NCBI GenBank assembly: GCA_964550975.1
Contig: CAZKAY010000002.1
Location: 2,717 to 56,148 of the forward strand
DNA length: 53,432 nucleotides
Direction: 5' to 3'
Origin: an uncultured Thermoproteales archaeon
Lineage (GTDB): Archaea > Thermoproteota > Thermoprotei > Thermofilales > B9-G17
The position numbers and the translations under genes are program-made. Of this stretch, positions 10,005-18,467 are shown piece after piece. The notes under the pieces are model-generated. The model saw only the letters and a list, made by a program, of their open reading frames with translations. It was not told the origin of the DNA and made no database searches. The first letter of the stretch is position 1. The number at the start of each line of letters is the position of its first letter.

Positions 10005-10853
10005 TCAGATGTCAATTCTCTTTATACTTAATATGAGTGGTTTAATTCTTTCAATTAGCTCTAAATTTCTGTTATCTGGGTCTAGACGTATATTTATCCA
10101 TGTTACTCCTAGTCTAATATATTCTTTCAATTTTTCTTCAACGTCTTCTAGACATATCTTATCAGGATTGAAGCGTAATGCAATACCATAGATGAAATCT
10201 CTCTCTCCAACATATTTTTCAACAATTCTTCTTTTCCTCAAATATTCATCTACATCTTTCATTATATTTATAGGCATTACCCATCCATCTACATATTGTG
10301 CTGCAAACTTACGCATTTTATATCCAGCTCCTCCACAAAATATTGGTGGATGAGGTTTCTGATAGGGTTTAGGCTCCAATCTACATTTTTTAACCGAATA
10401 ATATTTTCCTTTAAATGTTACTTCATTTTCAGTAAAGAGACGTTTGATTATTTTGATTGCTTCGATGGTTCTTTCGACTCTGACCTTATCTTCCTCCCAT
10501 TTATATCCGAAGGATTCAAGCTCCTCCCTCCACCAGCATGCACCATAGACTAATAAAACTCTACCTTTAGATATCCAGTCTAATGTTGTGATTATCTTAG
10601 CTAAAAGTGATGGATTTCTGTGCAGTATACATGTTACTAAAGATGTTACCTTAAGTTTTTCCGTTTTTGCAGCTATAGCTGTTAACATAGTCCAACATTC
10701 CGGTCTACATCCTGCTCCTAATCCTTTAACCCATAGATGATCCTCATTAGAAACTCCATCAAATCCTATTTCCTCAGCCTTTAAGGCACATTCCATTATA
10801 TAATCCATTTCAGCTGTAACTGGTAATTGATACCATACCTCTATTTTTTTCAT
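10005..10853 (-). CDS. Luciferase-like (LLM class) oxidoreductase
   Basis: LLM pattern (GFDGVSNEDHLW, RVLLVYGACWW, KPHPPIFCGGAG). ATG at 10853 is preceded by GGTGA with a 5-nt spacer and is preferred over the GTG at 10865. Confidence 0.75.
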   Translation of the reverse strand: MKKIEVWYQLPVTAEMDYIMECALKAEEIGFDGVSNEDHLWVKGLGAGCRPECWTMLTAIAAKTEKLKVTSLVTCILHRNPSLLAKIITTLDWISKGRVLLVYGACWWREELESFGYKWEEDKVRVERTIEAIKIIKRLFTENEVTFKGKYYSVKKCRLEPKPYQKPHPPIFCGGAGYKMRKFAAQYVDGWVMPINIMKDVDEYLRKRRIVEKYVGERDFIYGIALRFNPDKICLEDVEEKLKEYIRLGVTWINIRLDPDNRNLELIERIKPLILSIKRIDI

Positions 10854-11569
10854 AAGCTTCACCACTTATATTCTATTTTAAATATTTAATAAATTTTGGT
10901 AAAATATATTTAAGTATATTACATGCATTAGTAGGAGGTAGAAAATGAAGTATAGAGATATTGATTTTAATAGAGTTTATTCACCTATATATACTGAAAA
11001 CATCTTACATAAATTTACCTATCCTTTAATTTAGTTCAGAATATGAAAAACATGGACTTCTATACATATGTTTAACAGACCATTGGAGAGAAAACTAATT
11101 GAAGAGGGAAATTTTGGTTTAAAGACATATCTTTCTGCAGAAGTTAAAATATTAGATGAGGAATCTAATAGTCCTGTAGATATAGAGGTTCATAAAGATA
11201 TATTCATCATGAGTCTATAATAATATTTTGAGAAAAAGTATAACGGGTATAATGGTGGGAAAATGGTTGATAAAAATATGTAGAGTTGATGGAGAAATAG
11301 TATATACAAGCTTTAGGATATGATGGATGTGGTTATGGATGATTACATCAGACTTCTATGGTAGAAAACTTGTTTCGCATGAGGATTCGGTATTAGTATA
11401 TACTACATTCCAGAGAAAAGGATTGGATTTGCCTGGAAAGTTCAAAATAAGATATCGATTATCTTGGTTTCAACTTTTATATATAAGGCGATTGTGCTGT
11501 CAACGCCTCTAATAAAAATTAAATATTTATACCAGATATATTATCCTAATCTTATTATCGGTGAACTAA

Positions 11570-11866
11570 TTGGATAGTATCACACCTATATCATACATTT
11601 TTTTCGGATTAGTAATATCTCGTATATCTATATACCTAGCTAAAATTATGGATCTGAAAATAGAGATATTGGGTATTAGAATTCATCATTGGATGATCGG
11701 ATTGATAATTATACTGTTTCCAATAATATTTGATGTATATTTTTGGGGAAATTTTTTATACACATTGTATTCCTCGGGAACACAGTTATTTCTAGACGAT
11801 TTAAAAGACTTTATAAGTTTTCTGAAAAATGTCTCTAATAAATTTAAATCCAAAGTATTAGATTAA
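11570..11866 (+). CDS. Hypothetical small membrane protein
   Basis: 98-aa ORF with a TTG start and two or three hydrophobic segments. It has no recognisable motif and lies in a region that otherwise looks degenerate. Confidence 0.3.
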   Translation: MDSITPISYIFFGLVISRISIYLAKIMDLKIEILGIRIHHWMIGLIIILFPIIFDVYFWGNFLYTLYSSGTQLFLDDLKDFISFLKNVSNKFKSKVLD

Positions 11867-12553
11867 TCATTTTCTATTTCATAATATTATTATTAAAATA
11901 AATTAAATATTGAATATATGCTGATAGATGATATATTACTAATTCAGATAATGTAATATTTTCCAGCGATTATTGTGAATGCAGGATGACATCCATCTCT
12001 TTCATTGGATTTAGTAAGCCTAAATATTTTGCCATAAACATATCATATTTTATTGACCATCTAGACAATATATGTCCTCAATATTCGGCTTCAACTCTAT
12101 CTGGATCGAAGAAATAGCCTCTTCTCTCATTTCTTACTCCTCAGCCTATCTTCTAGCATTGTTTGAAGACCATATTTCATATGGTACCCATTTCCTCATA
12201 GGTACCTCTATTTTTATCATTTTCTCTAAATCTTCTAAAAGAAGAAGTTTGGTTTCACAAAATTTTACTAGTTTTTCAGCCCTATATTTAAATGTAAAAC
12301 ACATATTACTGTCTCCACATCTTCAGCCTCCTCCTTAAGTATTTCCTGTCTCTTAACATCATTTACATACTCGTCTCTGGAGGAAGAATATGTGGATAGG
12401 ATTGAAGAGCTAAACTTCTTCCACTTTTTGAATGAATTATAAAAATTATCTTATTTATTTCCCTCATATCTATCGTAATTGAAATAAATTTTGTATATAA
12501 AATTCTTATGGGAGATTGAAAGCATTTATATCTTATATTTTATTTCTAATATT

Positions 12554-13798
12554 ATGTGTGAAAAATTAGCGCTATTTGGAGGAAAGCCTGTTAGAAGTGA
12601 ACCATTTCCCAGTAAGAGAGATATAGGATTTCAGGAGTTAAGAGAATTATTGGATGTAATTGAATCCGGAAAATTGTTTAGATATGCTGGAAATAAGGTT
12701 TCTGAATTTGAGAAAAAATTTGCAAAATATTTTAACGTAAAATATGCTGTTGCATCTACCTCTGGTACAGCTGCAATCCATATAGCTGTAGGCGCTGTAA
12801 ATCCAAATCCTGGATCAGAGATAATTACTTCACCTATAACTGATCTGGGTACAATCATTCCTATATTAGCTCAAAACTGTATACCTGTTTTTGCAGATCT
12901 TGATCCAGAAACATATACGCTTGATCCAGAGAGCATTGAAAAAAATATTAGTGATAAGACGAGGATAATTATTCCAGTTCATTTATTTGGCTTTCCAGCA
13001 GATATGGATCCAATAATGGAAATTGCTGAGAAACATGATTTAATCGTCATCGAAGATTGTGCCCAAGCATATTTAGCTGAATATAAGGGTCGATGGGTTG
13101 GAACTATTGGAGATATCGGCTCATTTAGTCTTCAGCAATCGAAACACATGACTACAGGAGATGGAGGTATAACTATTACGAATAACGATGAATTTGGAGA
13201 GAAGTTGAGATTATTTATGGACAAGGGTTGGGATAGAAATGCTCCTGTATTCTATAGAGCTTATAGAATATTTGGATTTAATTATCGTATGACAGAGCTT
13301 CAAGGAGCAGTAGCTTTAGCACAGTTAAATAAACTTGAAACTGTTGTTAAGAAGAGAAGAAGTATTGGAGAAAGATTAACTAAAGAAATTGAGGATGTAG
13401 ATGGGATAATTCCCCCGAAGTCATCTAGAGATAGAAGGCACTCATTCTGGCTATACCCGATTAGAATTGATAAAAATGTTTTAAGTATATCGAATATAGA
13501 TTTTGCAAAGGCTCTTAGAGCTGAAGGTATACCTGCTAGTGCAGGATATATAGGTAAACCTCTATACATGATTGAGTATTTAAGAAATAAAAATATATAT
13601 GGGAATAGTAAGTGTCCCTTTAATTGTCCATACTATGGTAAGAATATAGAGTATAAAGAGGGATTATGTCCAAATGCTGAGAAGATATTAAGTGAAATAG
13701 TTACCATATCTATAAATGAATTTTATAGTGATAAGGATATAATGGATATAGTTTATGGTATTAAAAAAGTTGCAAAATATTTTAAGCAAAATAAATAA
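12554..13798 (+). CDS. DegT/DnrJ/EryC1/StrS-family PLP-dependent (sugar) aminotransferase
   Basis: LALFGGKPVR N-terminus, TSGTAAIHIA, DCAQA, and the candidate PLP-lysine context SLQQSKHMTTGDGG. The start was moved to ATG 12554 (MCEKLALFGG). Confidence 0.85.
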   Translation: MCEKLALFGGKPVRSEPFPSKRDIGFQELRELLDVIESGKLFRYAGNKVSEFEKKFAKYFNVKYAVASTSGTAAIHIAVGAVNPNPGSEIITSPITDLGTIIPILAQNCIPVFADLDPETYTLDPESIEKNISDKTRIIIPVHLFGFPADMDPIMEIAEKHDLIVIEDCAQAYLAEYKGRWVGTIGDIGSFSLQQSKHMTTGDGGITITNNDEFGEKLRLFMDKGWDRNAPVFYRAYRIFGFNYRMTELQGAVALAQLNKLETVVKKRRSIGERLTKEIEDVDGIIPPKSSRDRRHSFWLYPIRIDKNVLSISNIDFAKALRAEGIPASAGYIGKPLYMIEYLRNKNIYGNSKCPFNCPYYGKNIEYKEGLCPNAEKILSEIVTISINEFYSDKDIMDIVYGIKKVAKYFKQNK

Positions 13799-13816
13799 GT
13801 TTACTGTTGATGAAAG

Positions 13817-14251
13817 ATGAATAAAGATAGCAGAGAAAATGATATAGAGATATTCAAGATAGTTACAGATCATTTTAAGAAAGATGTTAGCGAATATTGG
13901 GTTAGGGCGAATTTTTACCTCATAGCTCATGCTGGATTATTTTCAGCTTTTGCTGCAACTTATTCAAGAGAAACGAAGGGTATGGTTATTATAGCTATTC
14001 CAATTGTTGGATTTATAATGGCTGTATTTTGGTTTCTTGTACTTCGAGGGGCTGTAAAGTGGATACAAAGATGGCGTGAACAAGTTATGCTACTTGATAG
14101 AGAGATAGATAGATTTCAATGCTATATAAGAGTAGAGGAATTTGCTAGGCAGAAGCCATTTTTAAGTCCATCATATGTAACTCAGTTTCTACCATTAACG
14201 TTTATGATTATATGGTTGTTAATACTAATATTAATATTAGCAGGTTTCTAA
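13817..14251 (+). CDS. Hypothetical small membrane protein (about 3 TM)
   Basis: 144-aa ORF with a polar N-terminus and then hydrophobic helices (FYLIAHAGLFSAFAA, VIIAIPIVGFIMAVFWFLVL, LPLTFMIIWLLILILILAGF). No family assignment is possible by eye. Confidence 0.5.
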   Translation: MNKDSRENDIEIFKIVTDHFKKDVSEYWVRANFYLIAHAGLFSAFAATYSRETKGMVIIAIPIVGFIMAVFWFLVLRGAVKWIQRWREQVMLLDREIDRFQCYIRVEEFARQKPFLSPSYVTQFLPLTFMIIWLLILILILAGF

Positions 14252-14272
14252 AAAATAATTATTTTTTAATTT

Positions 14273-16135
14273 TTATTCAATAAGTATTATGTCTCCAGGT
14301 GTTGCTGGATGATTTCTACCATTAATAGAATATATCTCCTTCCTATCTGTTCCAAGTGGATAGCGCCAGTTTTTCCAGTGTAACGCTGCTAGTCTCGAAC
14401 TTAAAAGTCTTGACCCAACTATCTCCATTATCTTCTCAGCTCTATGTAGATTTCTATAATATTCTCTTATTGGACTCTCAAATATTGTTCCTATCCATAG
14501 ATTCATCCATTTACCCTTAACTATAAGTTTTAGCTGAGACTTAATAAAATTCTTTAAATCAATATTGTTAGCTAAAAAGTTTTGTATAAAACTATATTCA
14601 TCTCCTATAGTTATTGGCATTGGCGTATGGAAATTAGGGTCAAAGTCTACTAGAAGTCTATCAACCTTACCATTTATCTCATACCATAATTCTCTATAGT
14701 GATAGTCTGTTACAACCCACTCTAGTTTTCCGGTTCTAGCATTTACCCATAATTCGAGTCTCTCCCAATCAATATGTGGTAATGGAAATGTTATTTCAAC
14801 CGGCCAGAAATACATGTATCTGATAACCCAATAATAATCATTGTTAAGCCATCTAGGTCTATCAACACTATACCTAAATGTTTTCAATATATTTTCATCA
14901 TTATGGTATAGAAATATTGTTATGTTTTCAAACGCTCTTATTCTAAGTGCAGATAAAATATATATAAAAACTATTATTGAAAGCAGTATTGAAAGAAATT
15001 GGACAAGCTGAAAATCCATTAATATCATATTTGCATATGGAATATAAGATATAGCAAACAATGTTATTGGAGACAATATTAGAAACCATAAAAGTGAAAG
15101 AGAGCTTTCAGGCTTAATTTTATTTAAATATCTTATCCTAAGCAGTATTCCTAAAAGTAGTCCAGCCACAATAAGTGGTATAAATACTATTCTAAGAAAC
15201 ATGTTTATGAATAGCTGAGATAAAGGGTTATATATGCTGAATGTTCCCATAGACGCCCAAATATCATTTAATATGAAAAATGAATTGAAAAATATTATTG
15301 TAAGAATAGAGGTGAATAATAATACTGATATGGGATAAAAGTATTTATGAAGCTTTCTTTCAAATGCCAGTGGAAGTGGATTCCATATTGGTTCAAAGAA
15401 TGATACTAAATTTTTGGGGTTTAATACATTGCTTGCCATCATAGCCCCATTTCGATTATATACATCTACATGTAATCCCTTATCAACCAAATATAGTTCT
15501 GACAAACTTTTATATTTATCTTCCATTTTACTTAAATCTATTTTAGGGTCCTCTGGATAAAGATTTTTACCAAATCTCTGCCTATTAGACCAGTAATCTC
15601 TCAGAACCAGTATCTTATTATTACCACTACCATATTTTTTTAGAGGCTGTTTAAGCCTACCCAAGTATTTCAAGTATCCGGCAAAAGCAGAGATAAATAT
15701 GGCTATAGCCAAATCTACTGGAGTAAGGAATCTGAAGAGAAGCATATTTAATAAACCAAATATATTCATAGAATAATTTAATTGCAATCCAGCTGATGAA
15801 AACAATAAGTTTTTAGGAAAATGAATTAAATATTCTTCCTCTACCCCATGGAGAACGGTATGTATAACTGTTTTTCCAACAATTTTAGATGAGCTCATCG
15901 AAAACCCTGATAAGATACCTCTTTTAGGTGATCCTGAACGGGAACCACATATCAAAAGCAGAATTGGATATAATGTTAGCTCAATAATACCTGAAATACC
16001 ACATAGGGGAATATCGATATAGATGCCAAAATACCATAGATATCCAATTAAATATACTGAAGATAAAAGTAGACCTAGAAAAATAGGTATCAACATCTCC
16101 CTAAATATATATCTATAATACAAGTCTATTCCCAA
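14273..16135 (-). CDS. Polytopic membrane protein with a C-terminal soluble domain (Vps62/NLP-like H-x-D-W-E signature)
   Basis: 620-aa ORF with many TM helices in the N-terminal ~400 aa. The C-terminal ~200 aa contain YYWVIRYMYFWP...PLPHIDWERLELWV...LEWVVTDYH. Confidence 0.6.
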   Translation of the reverse strand: MGIDLYYRYIFREMLIPIFLGLLLSSVYLIGYLWYFGIYIDIPLCGISGIIELTLYPILLLICGSRSGSPKRGILSGFSMSSSKIVGKTVIHTVLHGVEEEYLIHFPKNLLFSSAGLQLNYSMNIFGLLNMLLFRFLTPVDLAIAIFISAFAGYLKYLGRLKQPLKKYGSGNNKILVLRDYWSNRQRFGKNLYPEDPKIDLSKMEDKYKSLSELYLVDKGLHVDVYNRNGAMMASNVLNPKNLVSFFEPIWNPLPLAFERKLHKYFYPISVLLFTSILTIIFFNSFFILNDIWASMGTFSIYNPLSQLFINMFLRIVFIPLIVAGLLLGILLRIRYLNKIKPESSLSLLWFLILSPITLFAISYIPYANMILMDFQLVQFLSILLSIIVFIYILSALRIRAFENITIFLYHNDENILKTFRYSVDRPRWLNNDYYWVIRYMYFWPVEITFPLPHIDWERLELWVNARTGKLEWVVTDYHYRELWYEINGKVDRLLVDFDPNFHTPMPITIGDEYSFIQNFLANNIDLKNFIKSQLKLIVKGKWMNLWIGTIFESPIREYYRNLHRAEKIMEIVGSRLLSSRLAALHWKNWRYPLGTDRKEIYSINGRNHPATPGDIILIE

Positions 16136-16545
16136 ACCATTTTATTGCCAGAAATAACATGAGAGTTATATATAAATATTTACCTGAACACCAAAAGCAG
16201 CTCATAAATTTAGAAAACATCTTCCTCCAGCTATTACAGCGATCGCAATATTATCTCCATTTTCAGCCTCAATTTTAGGTATATTAGGAGGCTTATCTCA
16301 TTAATTAATATATTTACCTTTTTCTAAGCTGACCTGACTCATCATATAGATATTGTTTAGGGTCGAATCTTATATGCCTAGAAAATTTTAATAAAAGGCT
16401 TATTTAATTCTCTCTTAATTTATCCTTATAATTTTCTGAATAAATCTTTGCAGGATCTTTAACAGTTATTATATATTTCACATCATTGTATTGGTTTAGT
16501 TATTTAAATAAAAAGATTGTGAGTACCCAAAAAGTCTAGAGGAAT

Positions 16546-17427
16546 TCATTCTTCTCTAAGTCTTGGATTAAAGATTTCTTCTAATGCGTGTAGGAATAGT
16601 ATAAATCCAGTCTCTAATGTTATTATTGCTACTATTGGAGAGAAAAGGTATAGCCAAAGCTTAGGAGTAATGACTGCCTGCTGCCTCATAGCTATATTTA
16701 TCATCATCCCCCAGTTCACACTAGTATATGGCATTACTCCTAGAAAGAATAAACCTACTTGAGAATATATTCCACTTATAATAGACAAAACGAGATTCAT
16801 AGCTATATAGGGCATTAGGTTTGGCATAATTTCCTTAAAAACTATATGAAGCCTTCCTAAGCCTAGACATCTAGCAGCTTCTATAAAATTAGCCTCCTTT
16901 ATAGATAATACTTGAGATCTAATAGCTCTAGCTAATCCAGCCCACCCAATAATACCTATAATAAATGCGACTTCGACCGGACTCATCACCCTTGGAATAC
17001 TAGCTGCAATGATAAGTAGTAGTGGAAAATGGGGAATTATTAACAGCATATTTGTCGCAGTATTTAGTGCTGTATCAATTTTACCACCAGCATATCCAGA
17101 GATAATTCCAACAGTTAGCCCGAAGATTACTGTGAATATTCCTGTCAAAAAAGCTACTAGTAAAACGTCTCTAGAACCATGAATTATTTGCGCAAAAATG
17201 TCTCTACCAGCATAATCTGTACCTAGCGGATGCTCCCATGATGGTGGACGAAATCTTTGGCTAACATTAGGCGTTCTATCAAATGGTACCAATATGGGGC
17301 CAATGGTAGCCATAAATATGTATATTAATATGATGATAAATCCTGCAAGAGACGACCTTCTTTTCCTAATAATCTTAAGGTATAGATTTATATTATGACG
17401 TATTTTTCTTATAGAAGAATACTCCAT
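16546..17427 (-). CDS. Opp/Dpp-type ABC transporter permease (OppC/DppC-like)
   Basis: PPSWEHPLGTDYAGRDIFAQ motif and a multi-TM core. TAATG overlap with the upstream permease. Confidence 0.85.
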   Translation of the reverse strand: MEYSSIRKIRHNINLYLKIIRKRRSSLAGFIIILIYIFMATIGPILVPFDRTPNVSQRFRPPSWEHPLGTDYAGRDIFAQIIHGSRDVLLVAFLTGIFTVIFGLTVGIISGYAGGKIDTALNTATNMLLIIPHFPLLLIIAASIPRVMSPVEVAFIIGIIGWAGLARAIRSQVLSIKEANFIEAARCLGLGRLHIVFKEIMPNLMPYIAMNLVLSIISGIYSQVGLFFLGVMPYTSVNWGMMINIAMRQQAVITPKLWLYLFSPIVAIITLETGFILFLHALEEIFNPRLREE

Positions 17428-18416
17428 TATTCTTCACCTAACTTTATTCTTGGATCAAGTTTACTATATAATAAGTCTGCAACAAAATTTGAAATTATAA
17501 CTGCAATAGTAGTTACCAAGAAACATCCAGACATTAATGGATAATCCCTTGTAGACAAACTTCTACTTAGATATCTACCAATACCTGGATACGCATATAT
17601 CGTCTCAACAAATACTACTCCACCAAACATAAATCCGAGGGTAATTGCAAGCCTTGTAAATAGTGGAAGTATAGCGTTTCTACCAACATAGGTTAAGATT
17701 ATTCTTCTATCAGGTAAACCCCTAGCTTCAGCAGTCTTTACATAATATTCACCTAAAACCGAGGCAGTACTACTTTTCATCGCAAGCATCCATCCACCAA
17801 CAGATGTTACAACATATGTAAGTATAGGTAAGGCTGCATGCCTAAATACACTTGCGATAAAAGGTAGATTAAATCCTGGATTGACCCACCAATCATAAGC
17901 ACCGAAAGGAGGAAATAATTTTAGCTGAACACCTAAGACAACTGCAAATATTACTCCTATAGCGTATGCAGGAAAACCTGTTATTATAGACGCAAATATC
18001 GATAGAAATTTATCTAATATAGACCCCCTTCTATATGCCATATACATTCCTGCAACAACACCTACTGAAAAACTTATCATTAATGAAATAGACACCACAA
18101 ATACAGACCAGGGAATACCATATGCAAGTATAACTGTTACTGGTTGAGCTAGTTCAATCGATCTACCTAAATTCCCAGTAAATATTCCTTTTATATAATC
18201 TATATATTGTTCATATAGAGGTTTTGAAAGATTAAGAGGTATAATTGTAGCTACATATTGGGCTGCCTCATTATATGACATGCCCATCTCCATATATTCG
18301 GTAATAAGAATATCTATAGGGTTTCCAGGCATTAAACGTAGGAGGAAGAAATTTATAGTGATAGCTGTAAACATGGTTAATATTAGCAGTAATATTCTTT
18401 TAATTAACCAATGCAT
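17427..18416 (-). CDS. Opp/Dpp-type ABC transporter permease (OppB/DppB-like)
   Basis: LIKRILLLILTMFTAITINFFLLRLMPGNP N-terminus and NFVADLLYSKLDPRIK C-terminus. Confidence 0.85.
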   Translation of the reverse strand: MHWLIKRILLLILTMFTAITINFFLLRLMPGNPIDILITEYMEMGMSYNEAAQYVATIIPLNLSKPLYEQYIDYIKGIFTGNLGRSIELAQPVTVILAYGIPWSVFVVSISLMISFSVGVVAGMYMAYRRGSILDKFLSIFASIITGFPAYAIGVIFAVVLGVQLKLFPPFGAYDWWVNPGFNLPFIASVFRHAALPILTYVVTSVGGWMLAMKSSTASVLGEYYVKTAEARGLPDRRIILTYVGRNAILPLFTRLAITLGFMFGGVVFVETIYAYPGIGRYLSRSLSTRDYPLMSGCFLVTTIAVIISNFVADLLYSKLDPRIKLGEE

Positions 18417-18467
18417 AAAAATCCCATTAGAATAAAAAATAAATAATTATTTAAATTTTATTTAACT

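Noticed and set aside
12072-12338. 88-aa plus-strand ORF from the track
   Set aside because: Low-complexity product in the degenerate 10.9-12.5 kb region, with no RBS or TATA context. It is treated as part of the decayed stretch rather than as a gene.
16263-16345. Possible C/D-box sRNA on the minus strand (ATGATGA ... CTGA)
   Set aside because: The boxes are 83 nt apart, which is too long. No convincing C'/D' boxes or terminal stem are present. Such heptamers are expected by chance in AT-rich DNA.
16136-16545. 410-nt non-coding gap with short minus-strand reading frames (for example ...EAENGDNIAIAVIAGGRCFLNL, ...VKYIITVKDPAKIYSENYKDKLREN), considered as a pseudogene
   Set aside because: The fragments are under 35 codons, lack start codons and match no recognisable family. 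The gap is more simply the promoter or leader of the 620-aa membrane-protein gene.
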